Source of the DNA: Candidatus Nomurabacteria bacterium
GTDB lineage: Bacteria > Patescibacteriota > WWE3 > UBA101185 > UBA10185
Reading direction: 5' to 3'
Assembly (NCBI GenBank): GCA_020631855.1
Contig: JACKGU010000001.1
Location: 295,601 to 359,600, forward strand
Length of the DNA: 64,000 nt
Made by a program: the position numbers and the translations under genes. How positions within the stretch are numbered: the stretch's first letter is position 1; each line of letters begins with the position of its first letter. Below the pieces are notes generated by a model, which did no database searches, was not told the origin of the DNA, and was given only the letters and a program-made list of their open reading frames with translations. Below, piece after piece: positions 56,286 through 64,000 of the stretch.

Positions 56286-58677
56286 TATAGCCTACAACAT
56301 CTTCTGGATACTCTTTTACATTATTTTCTTGGCGAGCACTATATTAGGAATATTTTATATGCTTGCCAAAACCAAAAGACAAAGATTTCTAAAAAACAAA
56401 CAATATAATTTGACCTTCTTCCATGTTAAAGTACCACAACAAAACGAATTCGAAATAGATGCGGCAGAACAACTTTTTGCAGGCGTGGCAGGTTTGAGAA
56501 GATCAACTCTGGAAGGACTTTTGAAAGGCCAATACCAAGTCTCATTTGAGATCTTGGCCAAACACGGGCAAATAGGCTTCTATATAGTAATGCCTGACGA
56601 ATTGGTGGAATTTATGGAAAAGCAGATTAACGGGGCCTATCCTACTGCCGAAATAGACATTATTGATCCAAACGAAGTTTGGGACAGAGGGCACTTCACA
56701 GCTATCGCAGAGCTAAAACTTAAAGGACCGGCATTCTACCCTATTAGAACGATAAAAGAGAAAGAAGGTGACCCGCTAAGCACTCTCACCTCGGTACTAA
56801 CAAAGCTGAAAAAAGACGAGGTTATAGCTATTCAGCTTGTAACCTCACCTGCCAGTAACTGGTGGAGGGCTGCAGGAAATGCTTTTATCGGACATGTCAA
56901 ACACGGCGGAAATCCCGAAAAGAAAAGTGCCCCAGACAACTCCATGCTGGAAGGTGTTGAGAAAAAAATAGGAAAAAGCGGGCTTGATGTCGTTGTGAGA
57001 GTTGTCTCAATAGCTGAAACCAAACACATAGCGGAAAGCCACATAATGAACGTTGTAACCGCCTTCGAGCAGTATACTGATGTTAAATACAATAAATTCA
57101 AAAAAAGCAGAGTTTTATTTAAAACAAAATTTGTAAATGATTTCATTTACAGAAACATAACGCCTCTAAATATATACATCCCGATTTTATATAACACACT
57201 TTATAGCAGAACCTCGGTACTGAATATTACTGAGATGGCAAACATCTTCCACATGCCTAACAAAAACATACAAACTCCAAACATTCTGTGGCTAATTGCA
57301 AGAAAGGCGTCAGCCCCGTCAAACATACCTCACGAAGGCCTGTATTTAGGAATCAATCAGTTTAGAGGCTCACAGAGAGGTATCTATATGAAAGAGAAAG
57401 ATCGTACACGACATATGTATATTATAGGGCAAACGGGCACAGGTAAATCCGAGTTTATGAAGACACTGGTACTACAAGATATTGCCGCGGGAAAAGGTTT
57501 GGCTCTAATTGATCCTCACGGAAGCGATATAGACGATATCTTAGAAAAAATCCCGGAAAGCAGAATAGACGACGTAATACTTTTTGATGTTTCAGATATA
57601 GAACGCCCGATGGGATTAAACATGCTTGAAGCTGAAACCGAGGAAGAGAAACACATGATTATTAACTCATTTATTGCCTTGTTATATAAGCTATACGACC
57701 CAAACAGACAAGGTATCATGGGCCCTCAACTTGAAAGGGCTATAAGAAACGTTATGCTAACCGCAATGGTAGATAAAGAATCAACCATGGTAGATGTTCT
57801 AAGGCTATTGATCGACAACAAATATGTAGAAACTTTTATACCAAGAATTCAAGATCCACTAGTTAAACGGTACTGGACTGATGAAATGGCCAACACAAGC
57901 GACTACCATAAAGGCGAGAAAATGGGCTATTTTGTATCAAAATTTGATAGGTTCGTAACAGAGAGGACCATGAGAAATATACTAGGGCAACCAAAAAGTG
58001 CATTTAATTTTAACAAGATTATGGCAGAAAAAAAGATACTGCTCGTAGACCTGTCTAAAGGTAAGATTGGAGAAGAGAATTCAAACTTTATCGGCCTGCT
58101 TCTGGTTCCACGAATACTTGCTGCAGCTCTATCCAGAGCTTCCCTTTTAGGTAAAGAGGATTTCCCTGATTTTTATCTTTATGTAGATGAGTTTCAAAAC
58201 TTTGCCACACCTGACTTTGCTACTATACTGTCGGAAGCCAGAAAATATAAACTAAATTTGGTTGTCGCGCACCAATTTGTGGCACAGTTAACCGACGACA
58301 TTAAAGAAGCCGTGTTTGGTAACGTAGGAACAACTTGTGTTTACAGGGTTGGTCCGGACGATGCCGAATATCTTGAAAAACAGTTTGACCCTTATTTCAC
58401 AAAGTCAGATTTATTAAACTTGCCAATTGGAAACGCTTACATGAGGCTGCTTGTCGACGGCCACCCAACAACGCCTTTTTCCCTTGCTGTAGATTGGGAC
58501 ATGGTTAATAAAACTAAAAAAGATCCTTCTGTGGCAAAGAGAATAAGAGAAAACTCAAGCATGAAATACGGAACACCAGTAAATGAGGTTGAGGAATACA
58601 TAAATAAAAGGGCAGGGCTGAATAAACAAGGCGAGGATAGCCAACTACTTGAAAAAAGAAGTTTAATACCTTTTTAA
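56269..58677 (+). CDS. Membrane-anchored VirD4/TraD-like (type IV coupling protein-like) P-loop ATPase
   Basis: One N-terminal TM, a ~340-aa domain of unknown function, then GQTGTGKSEF (Walker A), IDPHGS, LYVDEFQNF (Walker B), ARKYKLNLVVAHQFVAQL. Confidence 0.8.
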   Translation: MLSLTDIAYNIFWILFYIIFLASTILGIFYMLAKTKRQRFLKNKQYNLTFFHVKVPQQNEFEIDAAEQLFAGVAGLRRSTLEGLLKGQYQVSFEILAKHGQIGFYIVMPDELVEFMEKQINGAYPTAEIDIIDPNEVWDRGHFTAIAELKLKGPAFYPIRTIKEKEGDPLSTLTSVLTKLKKDEVIAIQLVTSPASNWWRAAGNAFIGHVKHGGNPEKKSAPDNSMLEGVEKKIGKSGLDVVVRVVSIAETKHIAESHIMNVVTAFEQYTDVKYNKFKKSRVLFKTKFVNDFIYRNITPLNIYIPILYNTLYSRTSVLNITEMANIFHMPNKNIQTPNILWLIARKASAPSNIPHEGLYLGINQFRGSQRGIYMKEKDRTRHMYIIGQTGTGKSEFMKTLVLQDIAAGKGLALIDPHGSDIDDILEKIPESRIDDVILFDVSDIERPMGLNMLEAETEEEKHMIINSFIALLYKLYDPNRQGIMGPQLERAIRNVMLTAMVDKESTMVDVLRLLIDNKYVETFIPRIQDPLVKRYWTDEMANTSDYHKGEKMGYFVSKFDRFVTERTMRNILGQPKSAFNFNKIMAEKKILLVDLSKGKIGEENSNFIGLLLVPRILAAALSRASLLGKEDFPDFYLYVDEFQNFATPDFATILSEARKYKLNLVVAHQFVAQLTDDIKEAVFGNVGTTCVYRVGPDDAEYLEKQFDPYFTKSDLLNLPIGNAYMRLLVDGHPTTPFSLAVDWDMVNKTKKDPSVAKRIRENSSMKYGTPVNEVEEYINKRAGLNKQGEDSQLLEKRSLIPF

Positions 58678-58687
58678 GAAAGACGCT

Positions 58688-60565
58688 ATGGTAGAAACAG
58701 CAACCGCCGCAAATGACGCTTTAACAGCATTAAAGGGAAGGAGCGAAACAAAAGTTTCGCCTCTTGAAGAATTTTGGACAAATATAAATGCGCTTACTGC
58801 GGCTTCGCGACAACTGCTGACTAAAATAGAAACCAGCCCCCAGAGCGGACTGAATCAACGCAGAGCCGCACAGCTAGCTAGACAGGCTTTGGCTAGCTAT
58901 GAGATGACGACTAGCCTGACAGAAAATCCCACTAATAGAGAGGAAATTAATGCCCTTTCCAGGTTAGGCGCTGCGACAAACATCGACCCAACAAATCTAT
59001 ACAGAGAGACAATATTACTACAGCCGGAAGTACACTCGTATGAATATTCGGTCAAGCTGTTATTCTCCCACATAGTGTCTATGACCACTGAGGACAGAAG
59101 CAACACCACAAAAAACTTAGCATTGGTTTTAGCCGGGAATTGCTTAGACGGGAGTAAGGTTGATGTAAGAAAAATTCAAAACGAGCTCAGAGAATTAAAT
59201 TTTCCGAACCACCACTTATCAGAAGCAGCAGAGGCCATCGCTGCTATAATCCGGCATACGCCTTACAATCTAACAGATCATCAAGAAAAATTGGGGGTAA
59301 CAGGATACCCGGAAGTCTTGGCTAAAGCTTATAAGAGACTCTACGATCTAGCAACCAAACTTGATCCGGATACACCGCCTACAAAAGCGGAAGAAAGGTC
59401 ACAGCACCAACCCTATGCCAATTGGGAAGCCAGGGCCAAAGAAAGAGAATCGATACACTACAACAGTAATCCTAGAGAACACAAAATATTTTCACGTAAA
59501 GGAGAGATTTTGACTGCCAAGGGTTCGGAGAATAAAACAGCCCAAGTCTTAATTCCAACTGCCATACTTACCAGAACCGTACCTTTGGCGGACTTTGCAG
59601 GCAATGACAGGGCTTTCAATAAAGGATACGTAAAACTACAGCAGGTATTTACCTGCACAACATTTCAAGAAGTCGAAGCTACCCTTGAAATGCTAAACGC
59701 AGCATCTATTGCAGAAGAAGAAAAAACAGCACAGGTACCCATATATGTTCCTAAAACCGTGGTTCAAAATGGAAAAACAACAATTGAATATGAGATAACC
59801 TACATGGAGATGCCGATTGGAACCTATAATAGCTGGCGTAAAGCTTTAATGGAGGCTCGCAAATCCTACCTTAGAGCAGGATTTTCTATTCAAAACCAAG
59901 ATATAACTGCTGGAGTACGCTTAGCAACAGAGCAAGAGAATGCCTATGCAGAACAGACAATGTTGAATAGATATCAAGAGCTTTTGTCTGGACCTAGCCA
60001 TATCAAAGATTCTCTAGACGCATGGATGAGTCAAAGTCATTCAAGGGACAGATTTTACATTAAAGAATTGATGCAAAATACAATGGAACTAGTAAATGAG
60101 TTGACTGAAGAGCTTAATTTGACCCGAAACCCTCGCAATATAACATTAGAGGCTATGAAAACTCTTTATGAAGAAGGGCATGAGCAGCACCCACTGACGA
60201 TGGAAAAAGAAATAACACAGATGTTCGACAACAGAATGGCCGAGCGCTCTAACTATTATGTTGCAATGAAGGTAGCTTTGACAACTCTTGAAAATGTAAA
60301 TGCTTTACCGCCGCCAAGAGATCGCAAAGAAGCAAAAGAACAGATTAGAATGATTATAAATGTTCAAACACAAATAAAACAAATAATGCTTTTCTTGGCA
60401 CTTCAAGAAAAGGGCGTCTCCGAGAGCCGTGCCTCACAAGTCGCGCTGGAAAACTTCCCGGAACACTCAGTGATTAAAGCTCAAGTACCTTATAGGGCTA
60501 GAAATAGTCAAGCCAGAAGGGTTGCAGGAAAGAGACAAGCTGTTAGCAACCAAGGCTCTAGTTGA
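58688..60565 (+). CDS. Hypothetical 625-aa soluble protein (no family recognised)
   Basis: Long ORF starting 10 nt after the ATPase gene. Predicted mostly helical, no TM or signal peptide, no motif I can name. Confidence 0.6.
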   Translation: MVETATAANDALTALKGRSETKVSPLEEFWTNINALTAASRQLLTKIETSPQSGLNQRRAAQLARQALASYEMTTSLTENPTNREEINALSRLGAATNIDPTNLYRETILLQPEVHSYEYSVKLLFSHIVSMTTEDRSNTTKNLALVLAGNCLDGSKVDVRKIQNELRELNFPNHHLSEAAEAIAAIIRHTPYNLTDHQEKLGVTGYPEVLAKAYKRLYDLATKLDPDTPPTKAEERSQHQPYANWEARAKERESIHYNSNPREHKIFSRKGEILTAKGSENKTAQVLIPTAILTRTVPLADFAGNDRAFNKGYVKLQQVFTCTTFQEVEATLEMLNAASIAEEEKTAQVPIYVPKTVVQNGKTTIEYEITYMEMPIGTYNSWRKALMEARKSYLRAGFSIQNQDITAGVRLATEQENAYAEQTMLNRYQELLSGPSHIKDSLDAWMSQSHSRDRFYIKELMQNTMELVNELTEELNLTRNPRNITLEAMKTLYEEGHEQHPLTMEKEITQMFDNRMAERSNYYVAMKVALTTLENVNALPPPRDRKEAKEQIRMIINVQTQIKQIMLFLALQEKGVSESRASQVALENFPEHSVIKAQVPYRARNSQARRVAGKRQAVSNQGSS

Positions 60566-60615
60566 AAAATATCGAGGGCCTGTTTTTCAAATATACTACA
60601 AAAGCCCATTTATAG

Positions 60616-60621
60616 TATAAT
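60616..60621 (+). promoter_or_regulatory. -10 box TATAAT 7 nt from the ATG at 60629
   Basis: Read directly. Weak -35 and no SD. Confidence 0.35.
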
Positions 60622-60628
60622 CAAGTAA

Positions 60629-61834
60629 ATGTTTAAACTGCCATTTAAAATAAATTTCAATAAAAAATCAAAAACGGATACTTTTTTAACAATAGACATA
60701 GGATCAAGCACAGTCAAAACACTAGCTTTTTATAATGACAGCGAAAGCAGATTAAAAGTAATCGGGCTGGGGAAGGAATTTTTACCCGAGGGTGCGGTAC
60801 GAGCCGGATATATAACTGATTTAAAAAGTGTCATAGAAGCAGTGGACGAAACAATTTATCAGGCCCTTGCTAATACGGAACACAGAATTACAGATGCGAT
60901 AATAGGAATATCCGAAAACCTGTGCTATTCGCAAGTTACAACCGGCCGGCTAAACAGAACTACGCCGGGAGAACTGGTTACAGAGAAAGAGCTGGATAAT
61001 TTGAAATACAAAATAATTGATGCTGCGTACAACACGGCCCTAGATGATTTTGTCTATAAAACCGGCGATCTTTCAACAGAGCTTATTCATATAAGCTCTA
61101 TTCCGGCCCATACAAAACTTGATTCAAAGATTGTTGACGACCCAACCGACTTGCCGGGAGCAAAAGTTGAGCTGGCAATTTACAATGCCTATTCCCCCGA
61201 ATATCATACAAAGCAACTGCAAAAAATTGCTGACACGCTAAAACTTTCAGTTTTAGCTATGGTTCCCAACATGTTCTCGTTAGGGGAAGCCCTAAAAAAA
61301 CTCACAAAGGACAATGAGTTGGATTGTATCATTTTAGATATCGGGGGAGAAACAACAGATGTAGGAATTATGTTTGGAGGGGGCCTTATAACTACAAAAA
61401 GCTTACCTATAGGAGGAAGGCACTATACAGAACAGCTATCTTTACAGAGCGGCCTTACTTGGGCAGAATCTGAAAAAAAGAAGAATCAGTACTATTTCGG
61501 ACAAACAGCAGATACAGAAACATCTTTCATCGAAACAGTAATGACTGAAACAACCGACCTGTGGCTCAGCGGGCTGGAAACCCTGTTTAATGAATTTAAT
61601 GGGGTCAGGACCTTTGCATCTGATATATTTGTAGTTGGGGGAGGAAGCTTGCTACCCGATATAATGGCAGCTCTAGAGTCCAGGCCATGGACAAAATCCA
61701 TACCTTTTAGAGAGCCGCCAAGAATAAAACGGGTCAGCATTTCTGAGCTGGATTTTGCTAGAGATACAACCGGCAAACTAAATGAATTGGATTATATTCA
61801 AGCCCTGTCTTTAGGTTTGATGGGAGAATATTAA
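60629..61834 (+). CDS. Actin-fold ATPase of the FtsA/PilM type
   Basis: LTIDIGSSTVKTLAF (phosphate 1), ILDIGGETTDVGI (phosphate 2), VVGGGSLLP (adenosine). No adjacent ftsZ. Confidence 0.7.
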   Translation: MFKLPFKINFNKKSKTDTFLTIDIGSSTVKTLAFYNDSESRLKVIGLGKEFLPEGAVRAGYITDLKSVIEAVDETIYQALANTEHRITDAIIGISENLCYSQVTTGRLNRTTPGELVTEKELDNLKYKIIDAAYNTALDDFVYKTGDLSTELIHISSIPAHTKLDSKIVDDPTDLPGAKVELAIYNAYSPEYHTKQLQKIADTLKLSVLAMVPNMFSLGEALKKLTKDNELDCIILDIGGETTDVGIMFGGGLITTKSLPIGGRHYTEQLSLQSGLTWAESEKKKNQYYFGQTADTETSFIETVMTETTDLWLSGLETLFNEFNGVRTFASDIFVVGGGSLLPDIMAALESRPWTKSIPFREPPRIKRVSISELDFARDTTGKLNELDYIQALSLGLMGEY

Positions 61835-63364
61835 ATGACAAAATTTGAAATTGAAATACACGACGATTTAATAAATGTGCTTGGAAAACTACAAACAATA
61901 AATGACGACGGAATTGAGCTCATTATTCCTGAAGGTTCAGTAATTTTTGAAAACATTTTAAATCTTAGAATTATTCAAAAAGAACTTGAAAAATCTGGAA
62001 AAACAATACATTTCGAGACGTCGGATGAAAACGGAAAAAGACTTATAGAAAATCTTGAAAATGACTCCTCCGGCCTTTCTTCCGAGCTGGATTTTACAGA
62101 AGCTGAAGCAACTGAAATAAACCCAAAAACACACAGAAAAAAACAACGCACGGTCTCGCTTGCATTACCTAAATTTAAATTTTCAGGGGGTACAAAATTT
62201 AAAATAGCAGGTTTAATAGGAGTTGTGACCGCCGTAATCATAGGAAGTTTATACCTATTGATTTGGAAACAGCATAAGGCAATCGTAAATTTAGTCGTGG
62301 AGGCACAGCCTCTGGTTAAGAGCGTACAGATTAGAGTGGCAACAAACAGCGAAACAAATACCGAACAAAAAACTCTAAAAGGCTCACAAGTAAGTACAAG
62401 CACCGTCCAGACCGCGAGCGTGCCAACAACAGGGGAAAAACTGGTAGGTAACCAAGCCTCAGGAACTGTAAAAATTTACAACAAAACAACAAATGGTAAA
62501 ACCTTTAAAAAAGGTACGGTTCTTGTCTATAAAAAAGACGATAAAACCCTAAAATATACACTTGACGAAGAAGTAGAAGTACCTGAAAGAACGGAAGATA
62601 TCTTGCAGGATCCGCCATTAATAACTTGGGGTGAAAAAGAAGTTGATGTTACAGCAGAGGAAATAGGAAATTCTTATAATATTGACTCGGGCGAAAGTTT
62701 GGATTTTGATGATTTCGACAAGGACGATTACACTGCAAAGAGCACGACAAAAATCAACGGGGGCAGCAGCGAGACACTTAAAATTGTGGCCCAAGAAGAT
62801 ATAGACAACCTACTTATCGAGCTGGAAAAAAGTGACGATAAAACTAAAACCGAGCTACAGCAAAAAACTTCGACAGGACGAAAATTAATTCCCGGGTCAA
62901 TCAGCCTTCAGACAACAAAAGATTCCTTTAGCGCCGAACTAGGAGACGAGGCGGAAAATCTAGAGCTTGTCAGAGAAGCGACGGCCACAGGGCTAACTTA
63001 TTCCGAAAATGAACTGGAAGTTCTACTAGACAGACTCGTAGATGATTTCGTCCCGGAAGGCTTTGAGCTATCGACAAAAGACAAGGAGATAAAAGCAGAG
63101 GTCTTAGGTGCAACGGAAACTACGACACTTTCAAGCGAACAGGCCGATTTACAGGTAACCATTAAGGCTTACGTGATACCAAAAATTGATGAGATCGAGC
63201 TAAGGGAGAATTTGGCAGGGGCCCCGTTGTCGAAAGCAGAAGAAATATTAAATGCTATTTCTAATGTTGCAACCTATTCTTTAGATGTAAAACCAAATAT
63301 TCCGCTGCTTAATTCCCTTCCCCATAATCCGGAAAATATAGAGATAACAGTAACTAAAAGGTAA
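61835..63364 (+). CDS. Bitopic membrane protein (cytoplasmic ~120-aa N-domain, one TM, ~360-aa external domain)
   Basis: TM segment IAGLIGVVTAVIIGSLYLLIW. The start abuts the stop of the actin-like gene. Confidence 0.6.
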   Translation: MTKFEIEIHDDLINVLGKLQTINDDGIELIIPEGSVIFENILNLRIIQKELEKSGKTIHFETSDENGKRLIENLENDSSGLSSELDFTEAEATEINPKTHRKKQRTVSLALPKFKFSGGTKFKIAGLIGVVTAVIIGSLYLLIWKQHKAIVNLVVEAQPLVKSVQIRVATNSETNTEQKTLKGSQVSTSTVQTASVPTTGEKLVGNQASGTVKIYNKTTNGKTFKKGTVLVYKKDDKTLKYTLDEEVEVPERTEDILQDPPLITWGEKEVDVTAEEIGNSYNIDSGESLDFDDFDKDDYTAKSTTKINGGSSETLKIVAQEDIDNLLIELEKSDDKTKTELQQKTSTGRKLIPGSISLQTTKDSFSAELGDEAENLELVREATATGLTYSENELEVLLDRLVDDFVPEGFELSTKDKEIKAEVLGATETTTLSSEQADLQVTIKAYVIPKIDEIELRENLAGAPLSKAEEILNAISNVATYSLDVKPNIPLLNSLPHNPENIEITVTKR

Positions 63365-63366
63365 AA

Positions 63367-63804
63367 ATGAAAAATAAAAATACTCCCTCAAAAAACACTA
63401 CCTATCTTGGGGTAGATTATGGAAAAAAGAGAACCGGCCTTGCGTTAGGAAGAAACGGACTCACTGCAATACTCACAGCAATAGACTCAAAAGACACGAT
63501 TTATGCATTAAATGAGTTGGCAAAGATTATTGCCCTAAATAAAGTGGATGTCATAGTTTTTGGACTTCCGCTCGATGCCGAGGGTAAAGACACTGCAATG
63601 TCTATAGAAGTTCGAACATTTGCAAACAGCCTAAAAAGAAAAATTAAAAAGAATATTCAATATGTAAACGAATTCCAGTCATCGGTGGAAGCAACAGAAG
63701 ATGCAATAAGCTCGGGTTTATCAAAAAAAGGTCGAAAATCTGTTGACAGTATATCTGCCGGAATTATTTTGAAAAGGTATTTCGAAAATCTTGATACAGA
63801 GTAA
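63367..63804 (+). CDS. ruvX: Holliday-junction-resolvase-like nuclease YqgF/RuvX
   Basis: YLGVDYGKKRTGLALG..., VFGLPLDAEG, SVDSISAGIILKRY. Confidence 0.88.
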   Translation: MKNKNTPSKNTTYLGVDYGKKRTGLALGRNGLTAILTAIDSKDTIYALNELAKIIALNKVDVIVFGLPLDAEGKDTAMSIEVRTFANSLKRKIKKNIQYVNEFQSSVEATEDAISSGLSKKGRKSVDSISAGIILKRYFENLDTE

Positions 63805-63831
63805 AGGCAGGGATCCCGTAGCGAATATGAG

Positions 63832-64000
63832 CTACCTCTTTTCCTCCATTACAACATCCTTTGAGCCGCACTTCATACATTCGAAATTTTCACCCGGCTT
63901 CAAACAAGCAGGGCAAATGTATAAACCGTCCTTATATATTAACTCGGACCTTTCGCATCTATTACATAAAAAAATAACATCGTCCTGTGAAACATCTCCA
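63832..64000 (-). CDS. C-terminal zinc-ribbon segment of a protein that continues beyond the right edge
   Basis: Manual translation gives ...DDVIFLCNRCERSELIYKDGLYICPACLKPGENFECMKCGSKDVVMEEKR*, with three CxxC pairs. The open frame reaches the window end. Confidence 0.45.
   Translation of the reverse strand, partial: GDVSQDDVIFLCNRCERSELIYKDGLYICPACLKPGENFECMKCGSKDVVMEEKR

Noticed and set aside
1-64000. Alternative genetic code (UGA recoding, as in some candidate phyla).
   Set aside because: Conserved proteins are full-length under the standard bacterial code, and TGA is used as a genuine stop (for example rpsT at 32351).
1-64000. CRISPR arrays, IS elements, integrases, prophage or toxin-antitoxin modules.
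   Set aside because: I saw no short direct-repeat arrays, no transposase, recombinase or phage-like ORFs, and no small paired ORFs of TA type. The only repeat family is the three-copy ~110-nt element reported above.

Overview
This is a 64-kb chromosomal core segment from a low-GC bacterium with Gram-positive-type envelope genes. Many universal proteins are unusually compact: L3 161 aa, IF-2 about 500 aa, PGK 321 aa, TIM 218 aa, HrcA 243 aa, and a DnaJ without a zinc finger. Together with the sortase and LCP genes this suggests a small-genome Patescibacteria/CPR-like organism, but that is inference only. The left 24.7 kb is almost all minus-strand: a lysS-HD fusion, T-box-serS, uppP, secA, lepB, rpoB-rpoC-rpsL-rpsG-fusA-tuf, and the S10 operon (rpsJ-rplC-rplD-rplW-rplB-rpsS-rplV). 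The rest is mainly plus-strand. It holds pgk-[ferredoxin-like + truncated AOR-like]-tpiA and an envelope block (LCP, sortase, a VPVTG-anchored substrate, a PilN/PilO-like pair, murJ). It continues with lepA, hrcA-grpE-dnaK-dnaJ, nusA-infB-rpsO-pnp, a protease-less Lon AAA+ module, UDG, RNase J and ftsK. The right end is a cluster built around a membrane-anchored VirD4/TraD-like ATPase, a 625-aa orphan, an FtsA/PilM-like ATPase and a bitopic protein, ending at ruvX. I recognised no rRNA, tRNA, CRISPR array, transposase or prophage gene. The most notable non-coding signals are three. First, a three-copy ~110-nt structured intergenic RNA candidate with a conserved -10 box and compensatory base changes. 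Second, a T-box leader on serS. Third, a recurrent architecture at about ten genes in which the promoter abuts the start codon (leaderless type). All promoter, RNA and domain calls were made by eye from the sequence and need computational or experimental confirmation.
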